Of a stretch of 64,000 nt of DNA, positions 28,919-37,235 are shown piece after piece. Source of the stretch: an uncultured Pirellulaceae bacterium. Its GTDB lineage: Bacteria > Planctomycetota > Planctomycetia > Pirellulales > Pirellulaceae. Where the stretch lies: contig CAYSQZ010000003.1 in the NCBI GenBank assembly GCA_964433035.1, positions 579 to 64,578 on the forward strand, in the 5' to 3' direction. The notes under the pieces were generated by a model, which had not been told where the DNA came from, made no database searches, and saw nothing but the letters and a program-made list of their open reading frames with translations. Each line of letters begins with the position of its first letter. The first letter of the stretch is position 1. Made by a program: the position numbers and the translations under genes.

Positions 28919-29036
28919 TCGCCCTTGCAAGTCGCGGGACGTTACGGCGCAGTTCAGATCGGCGCTATACCCAGCGTCACCAACTTTAAAGGTGATTGTT
29001 TACTGTCCGAGTTTTTCCCGCGACTTGCAGGGGCGA
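28919..29036 (+). repeat. 21-bp inverted repeat enclosing 76 nt (candidate structured RNA or DNA palindrome)
   Basis: 28919-28939 pairs with 29016-29036 with 20 Watson-Crick pairs and 1 G-U, verified base by base. The interior contains a TCACC/GGTGA hairpin. It lies in a roughly 700-bp divergent intergenic region. Confidence 0.9.
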
Positions 29037-29108
29037 AGCCAAGTTGCGTAAGCGGCCAACGGCTTGCCTTGGTCAAACCCGAAAACGAAACAAGACAGGA
29101 CTCGATGT

Positions 29109-29182
29109 CGTTCAGTAGCTCAGTTGGTTAGAGCATCAGATTGAAACTCTGACGGTCGCGGATTCGAATTCCGCCAAATTCA
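29109..29182 (+). tRNA. tRNA-Phe(GAA)-like element with canonical D, anticodon, variable and T arms but a non-pairing acceptor stem
   Basis: Canonical parts:
- D stem GCTC/GAGC with loop AGTTGGTTA
- anticodon stem TCAGA/TCTGA with loop TTGAAAC
- variable loop CGGTC
- T stem GCGGA/TCCGC with loop TTCGAAT
The would-be acceptor strands CGTTCAG / CAAATTC give only 2 Watson-Crick pairs and 1 G-U out of 7. Confidence 0.55.
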
Positions 29183-29247
29183 CGATCTCATTTTTCCTGT
29201 CACTTTTTCGTAGTCTTTCGCTCCGCCAAAGATGCGCTCGTGCAAAC

Positions 29248-30756
29248 ATGTCTTTCGAAGTTCAAAGGGAGCTACCAGTGACACAAACCATTTCAAACAA
29301 CCGACTGCTCGAATACCTGGCAACCGCTTGCACCAGCACGGGGCAGGCAACGTTCTACAATTCGCGAGAAGAACAGTCTGGGGCACTGGCTGAACTTCAC
29401 GCTGGCGTATTAAATGTTGACCGTCGCGCGTACACGCTCTCGGCCGCTTTGCCGATCAACGACCGTAACCGACAGGAGATCGTTTACAACTTGATCGCTC
29501 AAGGCGTCGCGACCGAGGATCGAGAGCTGGAAAACCAGGCGATCGAATATGTTATTCGCGAGCTGCCTTTTAGTCGTTGGTTAAAACTTTTGGTACGTTT
29601 GAGTCGTAACAAAGTCAACAACGCTCGCTTGCGGCGCATTTGCCGGGAGTTCTGGAACAAGTACGGTGACGCGTACCACGCGATCAAGTACCGAGCGAAG
29701 TTTCGAACCGTTTTGCGCCATTGCCACATCGGCGAAGGCGAAGATCCGCATCGGGCTGAGGTTCATCGCTGGATCTTTGGGCGCTTGCGAAATCCTGCAG
29801 ACGTTCAGCACAACCCATTGCTTCGTTCGCGATTGACTGCGGCAGACGACCTGGGAGCTTGCTTTGACCTTCCACTGGAAATCGGTCGCGATATTGCAGT
29901 GGCTTGCCACGGAATGAAGCCGAAAGAGTTCACCGAGCAGTTTGCTGGAAAAAGCGAAACCGAATCGGGCGACGCAATCGTTGCTCGTGGTCGCGCGACC
30001 CGTAAGCAATCTTTGATTGCAAATCGTCAAGCCGGTACTGACGTTGACTTTAAGCGGTTCGAATTGATCGAATTGCTTCAGCATGGTTACCGGGTGCGAG
30101 ACGACCAGGAAAGCCCGGAAGCGTTCGCCAAGATCCGTGACGAGTTGTACGCCGCAATCGATTTGCAGGCAAAGCGATTGGCTCGCAACTTGCAACTGCC
30201 TGACAATGTACACGCAATCGTTGACAACAGCGGTAGTGCACGTGGCAGCGACGAGCGAGCTTATCACGCGTTAGCTGTGATCGAAGCGACGTTCCGTGTC
30301 ATCGGAGCTGCGTCCGAAAAGTTGGGTACGTCGTTGACGTGCCACTTTGTTGGTGACGCAGGCGAAGGCAACACGTTGCTCAGTCCAGCCGGAGGTACCG
30401 ACTTGCGGCGACCGCTGGCCCGTGCCTTGGCGGCTCGGCCTGACATGGTAGTCATTCTGTCGGACGGCTACGAGAACGTATCGGCTGGTAGCGTTGCCCA
30501 AATTCTGGCGACCCGCGCGGTGCGGGAAAGCGGGATTGGCGTCGTTCATTTGAACCCGGTCGCTGCGGCTGAAGCTGGCGGTACGCGCCGATTGGCCGAG
30601 AACCTGCCAACCTACGGCTTGGCTGATCCAAAGCAACTGTCGATTTCGTTGTTGCTGGGTGAAGCCACGACCGACACACGTCGATTGTTTGCTTTGTTTG
30701 ATCGAATTGAAATTGCTTTAAAAGGAGACCACGATGAAATTGCACGAATTGTTTAG
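29248..30756 (+). CDS. Divergent TROVE-domain + vWA-domain protein (Ro60/Rsr-like)
   Basis: Three N-terminal blocks resemble Ro60/Rsr sequences:
- RLLEYLATACTSTGQATFYNSREEQ, compared with Ro60/Rsr RFLxLGxEGGTYY
- ARLRRICREFWNKYGDAY
- YHAIKYRAKFRTVLRHCH, compared with AVKYxQRxGWSHRDLLRLxHP
The C-terminal vWA region has the MIDAS motif IVDNSGSA (DxSxS) and VVILSDGYEN. Confidence 0.6.
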   Translation: MSFEVQRELPVTQTISNNRLLEYLATACTSTGQATFYNSREEQSGALAELHAGVLNVDRRAYTLSAALPINDRNRQEIVYNLIAQGVATEDRELENQAIEYVIRELPFSRWLKLLVRLSRNKVNNARLRRICREFWNKYGDAYHAIKYRAKFRTVLRHCHIGEGEDPHRAEVHRWIFGRLRNPADVQHNPLLRSRLTAADDLGACFDLPLEIGRDIAVACHGMKPKEFTEQFAGKSETESGDAIVARGRATRKQSLIANRQAGTDVDFKRFELIELLQHGYRVRDDQESPEAFAKIRDELYAAIDLQAKRLARNLQLPDNVHAIVDNSGSARGSDERAYHALAVIEATFRVIGAASEKLGTSLTCHFVGDAGEGNTLLSPAGGTDLRRPLARALAARPDMVVILSDGYENVSAGSVAQILATRAVRESGIGVVHLNPVAAAEAGGTRRLAENLPTYGLADPKQLSISLLLGEATTDTRRLFALFDRIEIALKGDHDEIARIV

Positions 30757-31705
30757 CGAGCTGATGATTGGTCAGCCGCAAACGGTCGGTAACATGACCG
30801 TGATCCCGTTGAGCAATCGTTCCAATGCAGAGCCTCAGTCGCGTGCCAATGTTGGTTCAAGTCGAGATCTGTTTCTGGAGCGTGACGAGAGCTACAACTC
30901 GCTGGTGTTGGGTACGCATGCCGACTATGTCACGATCGTACCGCAAGGTATGGCCTTGATTACTCGGCAGCGAGCCCAGGACCGTGCGATTCCCAGCACG
31001 CACCTGGTACATACGACTCCAAAGAAAGTCGGCGCGTTTTGTATTCAATCGAGCCAATGTGGTCTGATGAGTAAAGATCGCAGCTCAGAACACAAACTGC
31101 GGATGCTGCCGTTGGCAGTTCGTTACGAAGCGTATTTGCGTCGCAATGAGTCGGCTGAGTCGTTCAGCTCGCTGTGGCAAAAGCTGGGACAATGGAATCA
31201 CCGATCTGGCGTTAACGGTGACTTCCTGGTCAGCTTTTTCCAGCAGTACGCTCGGAACCTCAGCCAATTTGTGGCCCAGTTCGAGCTTACGCCTCAGCAG
31301 CGCGGTGCGATCGTTCTGATCAACGGTCGACTGGCAGGTGTCGAAGTGGCGCCTAACAGCGAATACTTTGCTGGCCTTTTTCAACCGCTAATTCGTGACT
31401 GTTACGGTGCCGAAGCGATGTTGGCGCGTGGCGAAGCGACGCCTAAGGCGAGTGAGCTATTGTCAGACGTGAATTCGCTTGATGATCTGGTCGCCGCTGT
31501 CGACGAGTTGGCTGAGACCGAGAACCGGTTTGCAGCCGATGTTGCGCAGGAAGTTCAGACGTTGGCGATGCAGTCCAGCGATGACCACGCGTTGGCGGGT
31601 TTGAAAGTCGTCAACATGGACGGGGCTTCGCTCGCTGGTCAGGGTGTTTATTCGGATCAGGCTCGGGGCTTGGTCTACGCCTCGTTGATGGCCCGTCCAG
31701 CGTAG
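30734..31705 (+). CDS. Unknown protein translationally coupled to the TROVE/vWA gene (possibly DUF6569/ARPP-1-like)
   Basis: Its ATG overlaps the upstream CDS by 23 nt and is preceded by AAAGGAGA. The N-terminal GNMTVIPL, RAQDRAIP and AFCIQSSQCG blocks resemble my memory of that DUF. This is unverified. Confidence 0.55.
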   Translation: MKLHELFSELMIGQPQTVGNMTVIPLSNRSNAEPQSRANVGSSRDLFLERDESYNSLVLGTHADYVTIVPQGMALITRQRAQDRAIPSTHLVHTTPKKVGAFCIQSSQCGLMSKDRSSEHKLRMLPLAVRYEAYLRRNESAESFSSLWQKLGQWNHRSGVNGDFLVSFFQQYARNLSQFVAQFELTPQQRGAIVLINGRLAGVEVAPNSEYFAGLFQPLIRDCYGAEAMLARGEATPKASELLSDVNSLDDLVAAVDELAETENRFAADVAQEVQTLAMQSSDDHALAGLKVVNMDGASLAGQGVYSDQARGLVYASLMARPA

Positions 31706-31756
31706 CCAGTCATATGGCGTCTTTAGATATCACGTCTTTCAAATTGACCGTTAGTT

Positions 31757-31796
31757 AACACCACGTCTACTGTTCTACAGCGGGCGTGGTGTTTTC
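31757..31796 (+). terminator. Possible intrinsic terminator after the two-gene module
   Basis: 9-bp stem AACACCACG / CGTGGTGTT followed by TTTT. The loop is long (19 nt), so confidence is modest. Confidence 0.4.
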
Positions 31797-31810
31797 CGTT
31801 GAGGGCGTGG

Positions 31811-33862
31811 TCACTTCCGTAATGGGGGAGGTAACTTCTGTAGTGGGCGAGCTAATAAGTCTAACTCATAACCGGTCGACAGGGACTTGCCACCTCGTCC
31901 ACTGCCCAATCCCGTCTTGGTACCCAGGTCTTGAAACTGCTTATCGGATCCCAAGCCCAACCCAGAGCCTGGATTCGAACGTTCGTTGATTCGATCGATT
32001 GCGTTGGTGGCTTGGAGACGGACTCGAGCTTTTTTCGAATTCGCGACTACAGCCTGAAGTGCTTTGATGCTTTTTTGAGTTCCAATCGTACCCAGTAGTT
32101 TGCACGCGGTCAGTTGCGTGTCAACTGAAGTGTGGGATGCGAACGAGACAACATGTGATTCAATTTCAGGCCCAAATTTTGAAAGTGTCAACGCGACTCG
32201 CTGCCGTTGCTCTGTGTTCAAACGTTCGGCCAACAAAGGAATCAGCTTAGGGTTTGAGAGGCCTTCAATGATCTTGTGAGTAGAATCGCGTACATAAAAT
32301 GAAGCGTCGTCAATGCCGTTGAGAATCCACTCGAGGCTGTGCTCTGAATCTTTTTTGGCAAGCGTTTCAATCGCCAGAATTCTTGTTGAAGATTCTTGGG
32401 CGAGAGCAAATTTTTGCACGAGTTCGACAATCGCCGGGTAACGTGTTGAAGGCCAGCTAGACTGAATTTCCGCGATCGCAGTACGAACTTGAGTAGGGTC
32501 GCGAGCGTCCATGGCTTGTTCTGCAAGTCGCCGAAATCGAGGGGGCAGTTCGGCAAGCGAATCTTGGGAAATCAGTTTGTCTGGTTGGACGGAGGTCTCA
32601 ATTAAAGTCGCGCGCGGCGCAAATGACGGTGGCCGGCCAAACACTTGTTCTTCGTTCGGGTTTTCTCCAAAGCTAACGGGGGCATTGGTTGTTGCAGTTT
32701 TCAAGATTTTACCAGGCGCAGAATCAGTTGCCGGAGTGATCAAAGCATTTTTGGAAAGTGACTCGTTGTCGGGATTTACGCCCGGTGATTCCGGGTTCTC
32801 GCCCGCTTGTTCCGCAGAAGGTGTACTTCCAGATTTCATCTCTTTGTTGTTTACAATGTTAGGAATGAACTCATTCTCGGGCGGAAAAAAATCGGACTTG
32901 TCAGTTTGCTCAGGCAATCGTTTTGCGTTTTCATTTGCATCGAATTCAAATGCATTTGGTTTTGGTGGGGCTTCGTACCTGAAACTGCCGGAGCGTAATT
33001 TATTGTTTACCGAAACTGAGCTGGTCTCGGGCATTTTAAAGTCGTTGGGGAACACTGGCGATTCGTAGGAAGTTCGCTTGGCAAGAGATCTTTCGGCTTT
33101 CGATCCAACTTCGCCAAAGGACTTTCGCACTGTCTTGGCTTCGGGTTTTGGAGGCTGCTCTGGAGACTTCCAAATGACTGGGAGTTTTTTGGGGGTCGGG
33201 TGGGCGAGCGAGAATTGGTTTTGCGATTTTAGGGTAGGCTTGAGTCGTGCAACTTCGCCCGACAGACTCGTTGCATCGTCTTTGGATGGAACGACAGGGG
33301 TAACCGAGTCCGGCATCTGGGGCTCAGCCAATGGTGGTTCTTGATCTAAGCCGTTTGAATTCGCAGCATAGCGAAGTGGCGTTTGAAACGGTGGAGCTTT
33401 TTCTTGCCCCAGAGAAACCGAAGGTGGGGAAACTTTTGCTTTGGCAAGCTGCTGACGGTTCTCTATGCTTGGTGAACCTTTAAAGTGATCGCGCTTGGTT
33501 CTCGAGCTGAAATTTGAACCAGTTGATTGCTTTGGCAAGTTTTGTTGTGGCGGCTTTAGACTACCACCATTAAGTAGAGAGATTTCGTGCTTGACGAAAG
33601 CAAGATCATTTTTGGAAAGCCGGGAAAATGGTACTTCGATGACAACTTGATTCGTTTTTTTCAGGGTAACCGAAGTTGGGTTGATTTTCATCAGCTCGGC
33701 TTCGGTCGAGAAGCTACCTGAGTTGTCCGACCAAAATCGCGTCGCAGTCTGTCCCGCGGACGCTGAGTTCAACAGCAACGTTAGCGAGATCGAGAAAACA
33801 GTCACCGACAGCAACTGTGGCCGCAGGTTCGTCGCGAACATTTTACTGAGATCCATCTCCAA
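31811..33862 (-). CDS. Secreted SHD1-domain protein with long low-complexity region and C-terminal HEAT-like repeats
   Basis: RFWSDNSGSFSTEAELMKINPTSVTLKKTNQVVIEVPFSRLSKNDLAFV matches the SLA1-homology-domain-1 pattern. The C-terminal helical repeats are HEAT-like (...LAIETLAKK..., VRLQATNAIDRI). Confidence 0.7.
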   Translation of the reverse strand: MEMDLSKMFATNLRPQLLSVTVFSISLTLLLNSASAGQTATRFWSDNSGSFSTEAELMKINPTSVTLKKTNQVVIEVPFSRLSKNDLAFVKHEISLLNGGSLKPPQQNLPKQSTGSNFSSRTKRDHFKGSPSIENRQQLAKAKVSPPSVSLGQEKAPPFQTPLRYAANSNGLDQEPPLAEPQMPDSVTPVVPSKDDATSLSGEVARLKPTLKSQNQFSLAHPTPKKLPVIWKSPEQPPKPEAKTVRKSFGEVGSKAERSLAKRTSYESPVFPNDFKMPETSSVSVNNKLRSGSFRYEAPPKPNAFEFDANENAKRLPEQTDKSDFFPPENEFIPNIVNNKEMKSGSTPSAEQAGENPESPGVNPDNESLSKNALITPATDSAPGKILKTATTNAPVSFGENPNEEQVFGRPPSFAPRATLIETSVQPDKLISQDSLAELPPRFRRLAEQAMDARDPTQVRTAIAEIQSSWPSTRYPAIVELVQKFALAQESSTRILAIETLAKKDSEHSLEWILNGIDDASFYVRDSTHKIIEGLSNPKLIPLLAERLNTEQRQRVALTLSKFGPEIESHVVSFASHTSVDTQLTACKLLGTIGTQKSIKALQAVVANSKKARVRLQATNAIDRINERSNPGSGLGLGSDKQFQDLGTKTGLGSGRGGKSLSTGYELDLLARPLQKLPPPLRK

Positions 33863-34183
33863 CTCCGTGCTGTCTAAAACTGCTCTTAAATAATCTGAAA
33901 ATGACTGAGAAATCTGCGACTAATTGACCTTGAGCACGCGTTCTCCACAATCGGCCCATTTTTACGTTTGTTTGGCTTTAATTCAATGGAAGTTACTTTG
34001 AATCGGCAGCTCCGTGCTATCTGAGTTAAGCACTATTGGACAATCATCGGTTCGTCCAATGCTGTTTTGTGTCGTAAAAAACATGCCTTTCCATTTTCTC
34101 GAGGCATGTAGATAATTGACTTTAATGACAGCATTTAGCGCCAAATATTGAACTAAGAATTATTATTACCCAGAGCGATCCAA

Positions 34184-35728
34184 GTGATGAGCAACTCTCG
34201 AACAATCAAGATTTTCGACACGACCTTGCGAGACGGGGAACAGTCACCCGGCGCAAGTATGAATCTTCAGGAAAAAATGGAGATTGCTCAGGCGCTGATA
34301 GAGCTAGGGGTCAATGTGATCGAAGCCGGTTTTCCGATCGCTTCACCGGGAGATTTTGAGTCAGTTCGAGAGATCGCAAACAATTTTCGCGGTGCCGAAA
34401 TTTGCGGCTTGGCCAGGTCTAACGAACGCGATATTGATCGGGCGTGGGAAGCATTGAAAGGTTCGGCAGATCCGAGAATCCACGTTTTTCTGGCCACTAG
34501 CGCGATTCACCGCGAGTTCAAACTAAAAATGAGTCTCGATGAGGTCATTTCGCGTGCAGTTGCTGGAGTGGTTCATGCGAAAAGTTACTGTGACAACATT
34601 GAGTTTTCTCCAGAGGATGCTGCTCGGACCGAGCCAGATTTTTTGTGCCGTGTGGTCGAAGCAGTGATCGATGCTGGTGCAACGACGGTCAATATTCCCG
34701 ATACGGTAGGTTACGCAACGCCTGAGCAAATGGGAATTTGCATCAAGAACCTCGTTGATCGTGTCCCCAATATTGATAAGGCCATCATCAGTGTTCACTG
34801 TCACAATGATCTCGGTATGGCGGTGGCCAATAGTTTGGCCGCTGTTCAAAACGGTGCCGGGCAAATCGAATGCACGATCAATGGAATTGGCGAACGGGCT
34901 GGAAATTGTTCGCTCGAAGAAGTCGTAATGGCAGTTCGGACGCGAGCGGATTTTTATGACTTTGACACGAGCATCAATTCCAAGCGACTAGTTCCGACCA
35001 GCAGACTTGTTTCTACAATCACAGGTCTGGAAGTTCAGCGGAACAAAGCGGTCGTGGGTAGGAACGCTTTTGCTCACGAAGCAGGAATTCATCAAGATGG
35101 AATGTTGAAGGAGAGGACGACTTACGAAATCATGCGTCCTGAGGACGTTGGGTTTGCCAGCACGGATCTGGTGCTTGGAAAACATAGTGGACGAGCCGCT
35201 TTGGCAGATCGAGCGAAGCAACTTGGTTTTACTTTGACCGGCGAGCAGCTTCAGAGTGTTTTTGAACAGTTCAAAGAATTGGCCGATCGCAAGAAAGAGA
35301 TTTTCGATGGTGATATCGCTGCTCTGGTGGAGCACGAAATTCTCGGCACGATCGAGGAGGAGTGGTCGCTGGTCTCGTTCGATGTAGAGTTGAAATATCA
35401 ACAGCCGCCGCGCATTACACTGTGCCTGAGCAAAGGCGATGAGCAGCAGACAGTAGAAATTGCCGAAGGCTCCGGTCCGGTCGATGCGGCTTTTCTCGCA
35501 GTCAAAAAGATTACTGGCGTTGAAATGAACTGCAAAGAGTTTCACGTTCGCAGTACGTCGTTGGGCTACGATGCTCCCGGCGAGATCACTTTGGAGACCG
35601 AGCACAACGGACAGATTTTTCGCGGTCGCGCGGTCTCGACCGACTGCGTGGAGGCTTCGATCAAAGCAGTACTCAACGCGACCAATCGAATTCTGGTCGC
35701 CGATCGAGTTGCCAGTAACGCTTCTTGA
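34184..35728 (+). CDS. leuA: 2-isopropylmalate synthase
   Basis: IKIFDTTLRDGEQSPGASM, HCHNDLGMAVANSLAAV, and a C-terminal LeuA allosteric domain. Confidence 0.95.
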   Translation: MMSNSRTIKIFDTTLRDGEQSPGASMNLQEKMEIAQALIELGVNVIEAGFPIASPGDFESVREIANNFRGAEICGLARSNERDIDRAWEALKGSADPRIHVFLATSAIHREFKLKMSLDEVISRAVAGVVHAKSYCDNIEFSPEDAARTEPDFLCRVVEAVIDAGATTVNIPDTVGYATPEQMGICIKNLVDRVPNIDKAIISVHCHNDLGMAVANSLAAVQNGAGQIECTINGIGERAGNCSLEEVVMAVRTRADFYDFDTSINSKRLVPTSRLVSTITGLEVQRNKAVVGRNAFAHEAGIHQDGMLKERTTYEIMRPEDVGFASTDLVLGKHSGRAALADRAKQLGFTLTGEQLQSVFEQFKELADRKKEIFDGDIAALVEHEILGTIEEEWSLVSFDVELKYQQPPRITLCLSKGDEQQTVEIAEGSGPVDAAFLAVKKITGVEMNCKEFHVRSTSLGYDAPGEITLETEHNGQIFRGRAVSTDCVEASIKAVLNATNRILVADRVASNAS

Positions 35729-35821
35729 CTAAGCTCGGTTCTGGATAGATTCCTGTCGCCGTCGAGAGATATTTTTTTGGCCGGATTCGTAAGATTCCGA
35801 GGTTTTCGTCTGGGTGTTTCA

Positions 35822-35869
35822 AACCCAAAAAACGCCACGAAAAATGGCCGCAGGGTTTCCTGCGGCCAT
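35822..35869 (-). terminator. Rho-independent terminator downstream of the polysaccharide-export gene (minus strand)
   Basis: 11-bp perfect stem ATGGCCGCAGG / CCTGCGGCCAT (35844-35869) with a 4-nt loop. On the minus strand it is followed by TTTTCGTGGCGTTTTTTGGG. Confidence 0.7.
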
Positions 35870-35897
35870 TGGTTACTTTAGATCAGATCGGTTTCAA

Positions 35898-37235
35898 TTA
35901 CCTAAACAAGTTTTGGATTCCGAAGGTGAAGAAGACATTGGTCACGAAGTTGATGACTTCTTCTTGAGGTTTGAATCTAAGAATTAACGTGTCTCCGGCT
36001 TTGATCAAAATTCTGCTTCGTCGGTTGTTGATGGTTTCATTGAGATCGACCCGGATTGCGATCTGATTGTCGCCAGCGATCTGACGAAGGACGATTAGCT
36101 CTGTCGGAGGAAGGTTTTGTCCGGCACCACCAAAGAATCCGGTGTTTCGAGTCGCTCCCACTCCTGCGTTACCCGCAACTGATACTGCGGAGAGAACATC
36201 GAGGTCATAGTCACGCGGGATCGGGAATTCGCCGCCACCAAGCAATCCGCCTGTGTAGTACACATCGGTTTCACGAGTATCGACGTAGACGATATCACCG
36301 TCTCGAAGAATAATATCTTCGGCGCGAATGTTGGGTTGTTCGCCCGGCTTGAGACGAAGCGGAATTGACACTGTTGCAGTTTCGTCCGGAATCGAAGGCA
36401 CGATACCATAAGGGAATTCGCTTGCCTTACGAGTACGGTAAAACTCGTCGAGTTGTTGGTCACGTCTAGCGATGTTGACTCGTTCACCTCGGAGGACGCG
36501 AATTTCTGCTTTCGCATTCACACCAGGCAGACCACCGGTTCTTGAAAGTGCGTTTAGCACATCATTCTTATAGGCAGGAAGCTGCAAAACGAAACCTCGA
36601 CTACTTTGATCCGAACGGTCGGTAACTCCAGCCCGGCCACCAACTCCCTGAAACTGGGCGCCACGTTGGGCGCTTGAGTTATCTTGTCGAACAACGAAGA
36701 TACGATAGGTTCGTTCGCGGAGCAAAGTGACGATAATTCGACCACCCGGTTTAAGAAGCGGTGTCGGTCCGCCGCGATAGGCCCGTTGGATCAACTGTTC
36801 GGCTTGTTGAAGCGTTAGACCGCGAACCGGAATTGGCTTGATCGCAGGCAATGACAAAGTTCCATCTTCGCGGATTGGAACCGGGAATCCGATCGCCGGT
36901 GGGAGATCGCTATCACCGGGGGGAACCTGTACTGGCGGTGTTTCTTCAAAGTTACCAAGCACTCCCTCCACGAAAATACCGAGCACGTCGTCAGCGTCGA
37001 GTGTGTAAAATTCGGGCTTTATTTGACGAAGCCGCGCCACATCGATCGGCCTTTTGTCGGCTTGCGGTTCAGCAAGGAACTGAGCCGGAACACGATCGGC
37101 CGGAATGGTGTCGATAGGCGAGAATAGTGCAGTACAGCCGGTAAGTGACATGCACAACGAGATCGTTGCCAGCACAGCCAGTTTGCCGTATCGAGTTCGA
37201 TCGTTCGAGTTTTGTGCGGGGATGTGGTTAGCCAT
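35898..37235 (-). CDS. Polysaccharide biosynthesis/export protein (Wza-like, Poly_export + SLBB domains)
   Basis: Lipoprotein-like N-terminus (LTGCTA), YTLDADDVLGIFVEG block, and repeated SLBB-like DGDIVYV / AGDTLILR segments. Confidence 0.75.
   Translation of the reverse strand: MANHIPAQNSNDRTRYGKLAVLATISLCMSLTGCTALFSPIDTIPADRVPAQFLAEPQADKRPIDVARLRQIKPEFYTLDADDVLGIFVEGVLGNFEETPPVQVPPGDSDLPPAIGFPVPIREDGTLSLPAIKPIPVRGLTLQQAEQLIQRAYRGGPTPLLKPGGRIIVTLLRERTYRIFVVRQDNSSAQRGAQFQGVGGRAGVTDRSDQSSRGFVLQLPAYKNDVLNALSRTGGLPGVNAKAEIRVLRGERVNIARRDQQLDEFYRTRKASEFPYGIVPSIPDETATVSIPLRLKPGEQPNIRAEDIILRDGDIVYVDTRETDVYYTGGLLGGGEFPIPRDYDLDVLSAVSVAGNAGVGATRNTGFFGGAGQNLPPTELIVLRQIAGDNQIAIRVDLNETINNRRSRILIKAGDTLILRFKPQEEVINFVTNVFFTFGIQNLFR

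Noticed and set aside
28790-29131. ORFs 28790..29131 and 28827..29051 as protein-coding genes
   Set aside because: They overlap the 21-bp helix and the tRNA-like element. Their composition is Arg/Ser/Cys-rich and non-protein-like, and I recognised no motif.
29109-29182. An ordinary functional tRNA-Phe gene marking a genomic-island integration site
   Set aside because: The acceptor stem has only 2 Watson-Crick pairs and 1 G-U out of 7, and neither strand looks like a natural partner of the other. No integrase, transposase or direct repeat of the tRNA 3' end was found nearby. I kept it as a tRNA-like element instead.
29581-30267. 228-aa minus-strand ORF
   Set aside because: It is an antisense shadow inside the TROVE/vWA CDS. 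The same applies to 29499..29729, 30271..30636 and 30452..30781.
32511-33068. 185-aa plus-strand ORF
   Set aside because: It is antisense to the low-complexity part of the SHD1/HEAT protein gene.
34988-35605. 205-aa minus-strand ORF, plus 34523..34864
   Set aside because: Both are antisense shadows within leuA, which is identified with high confidence.
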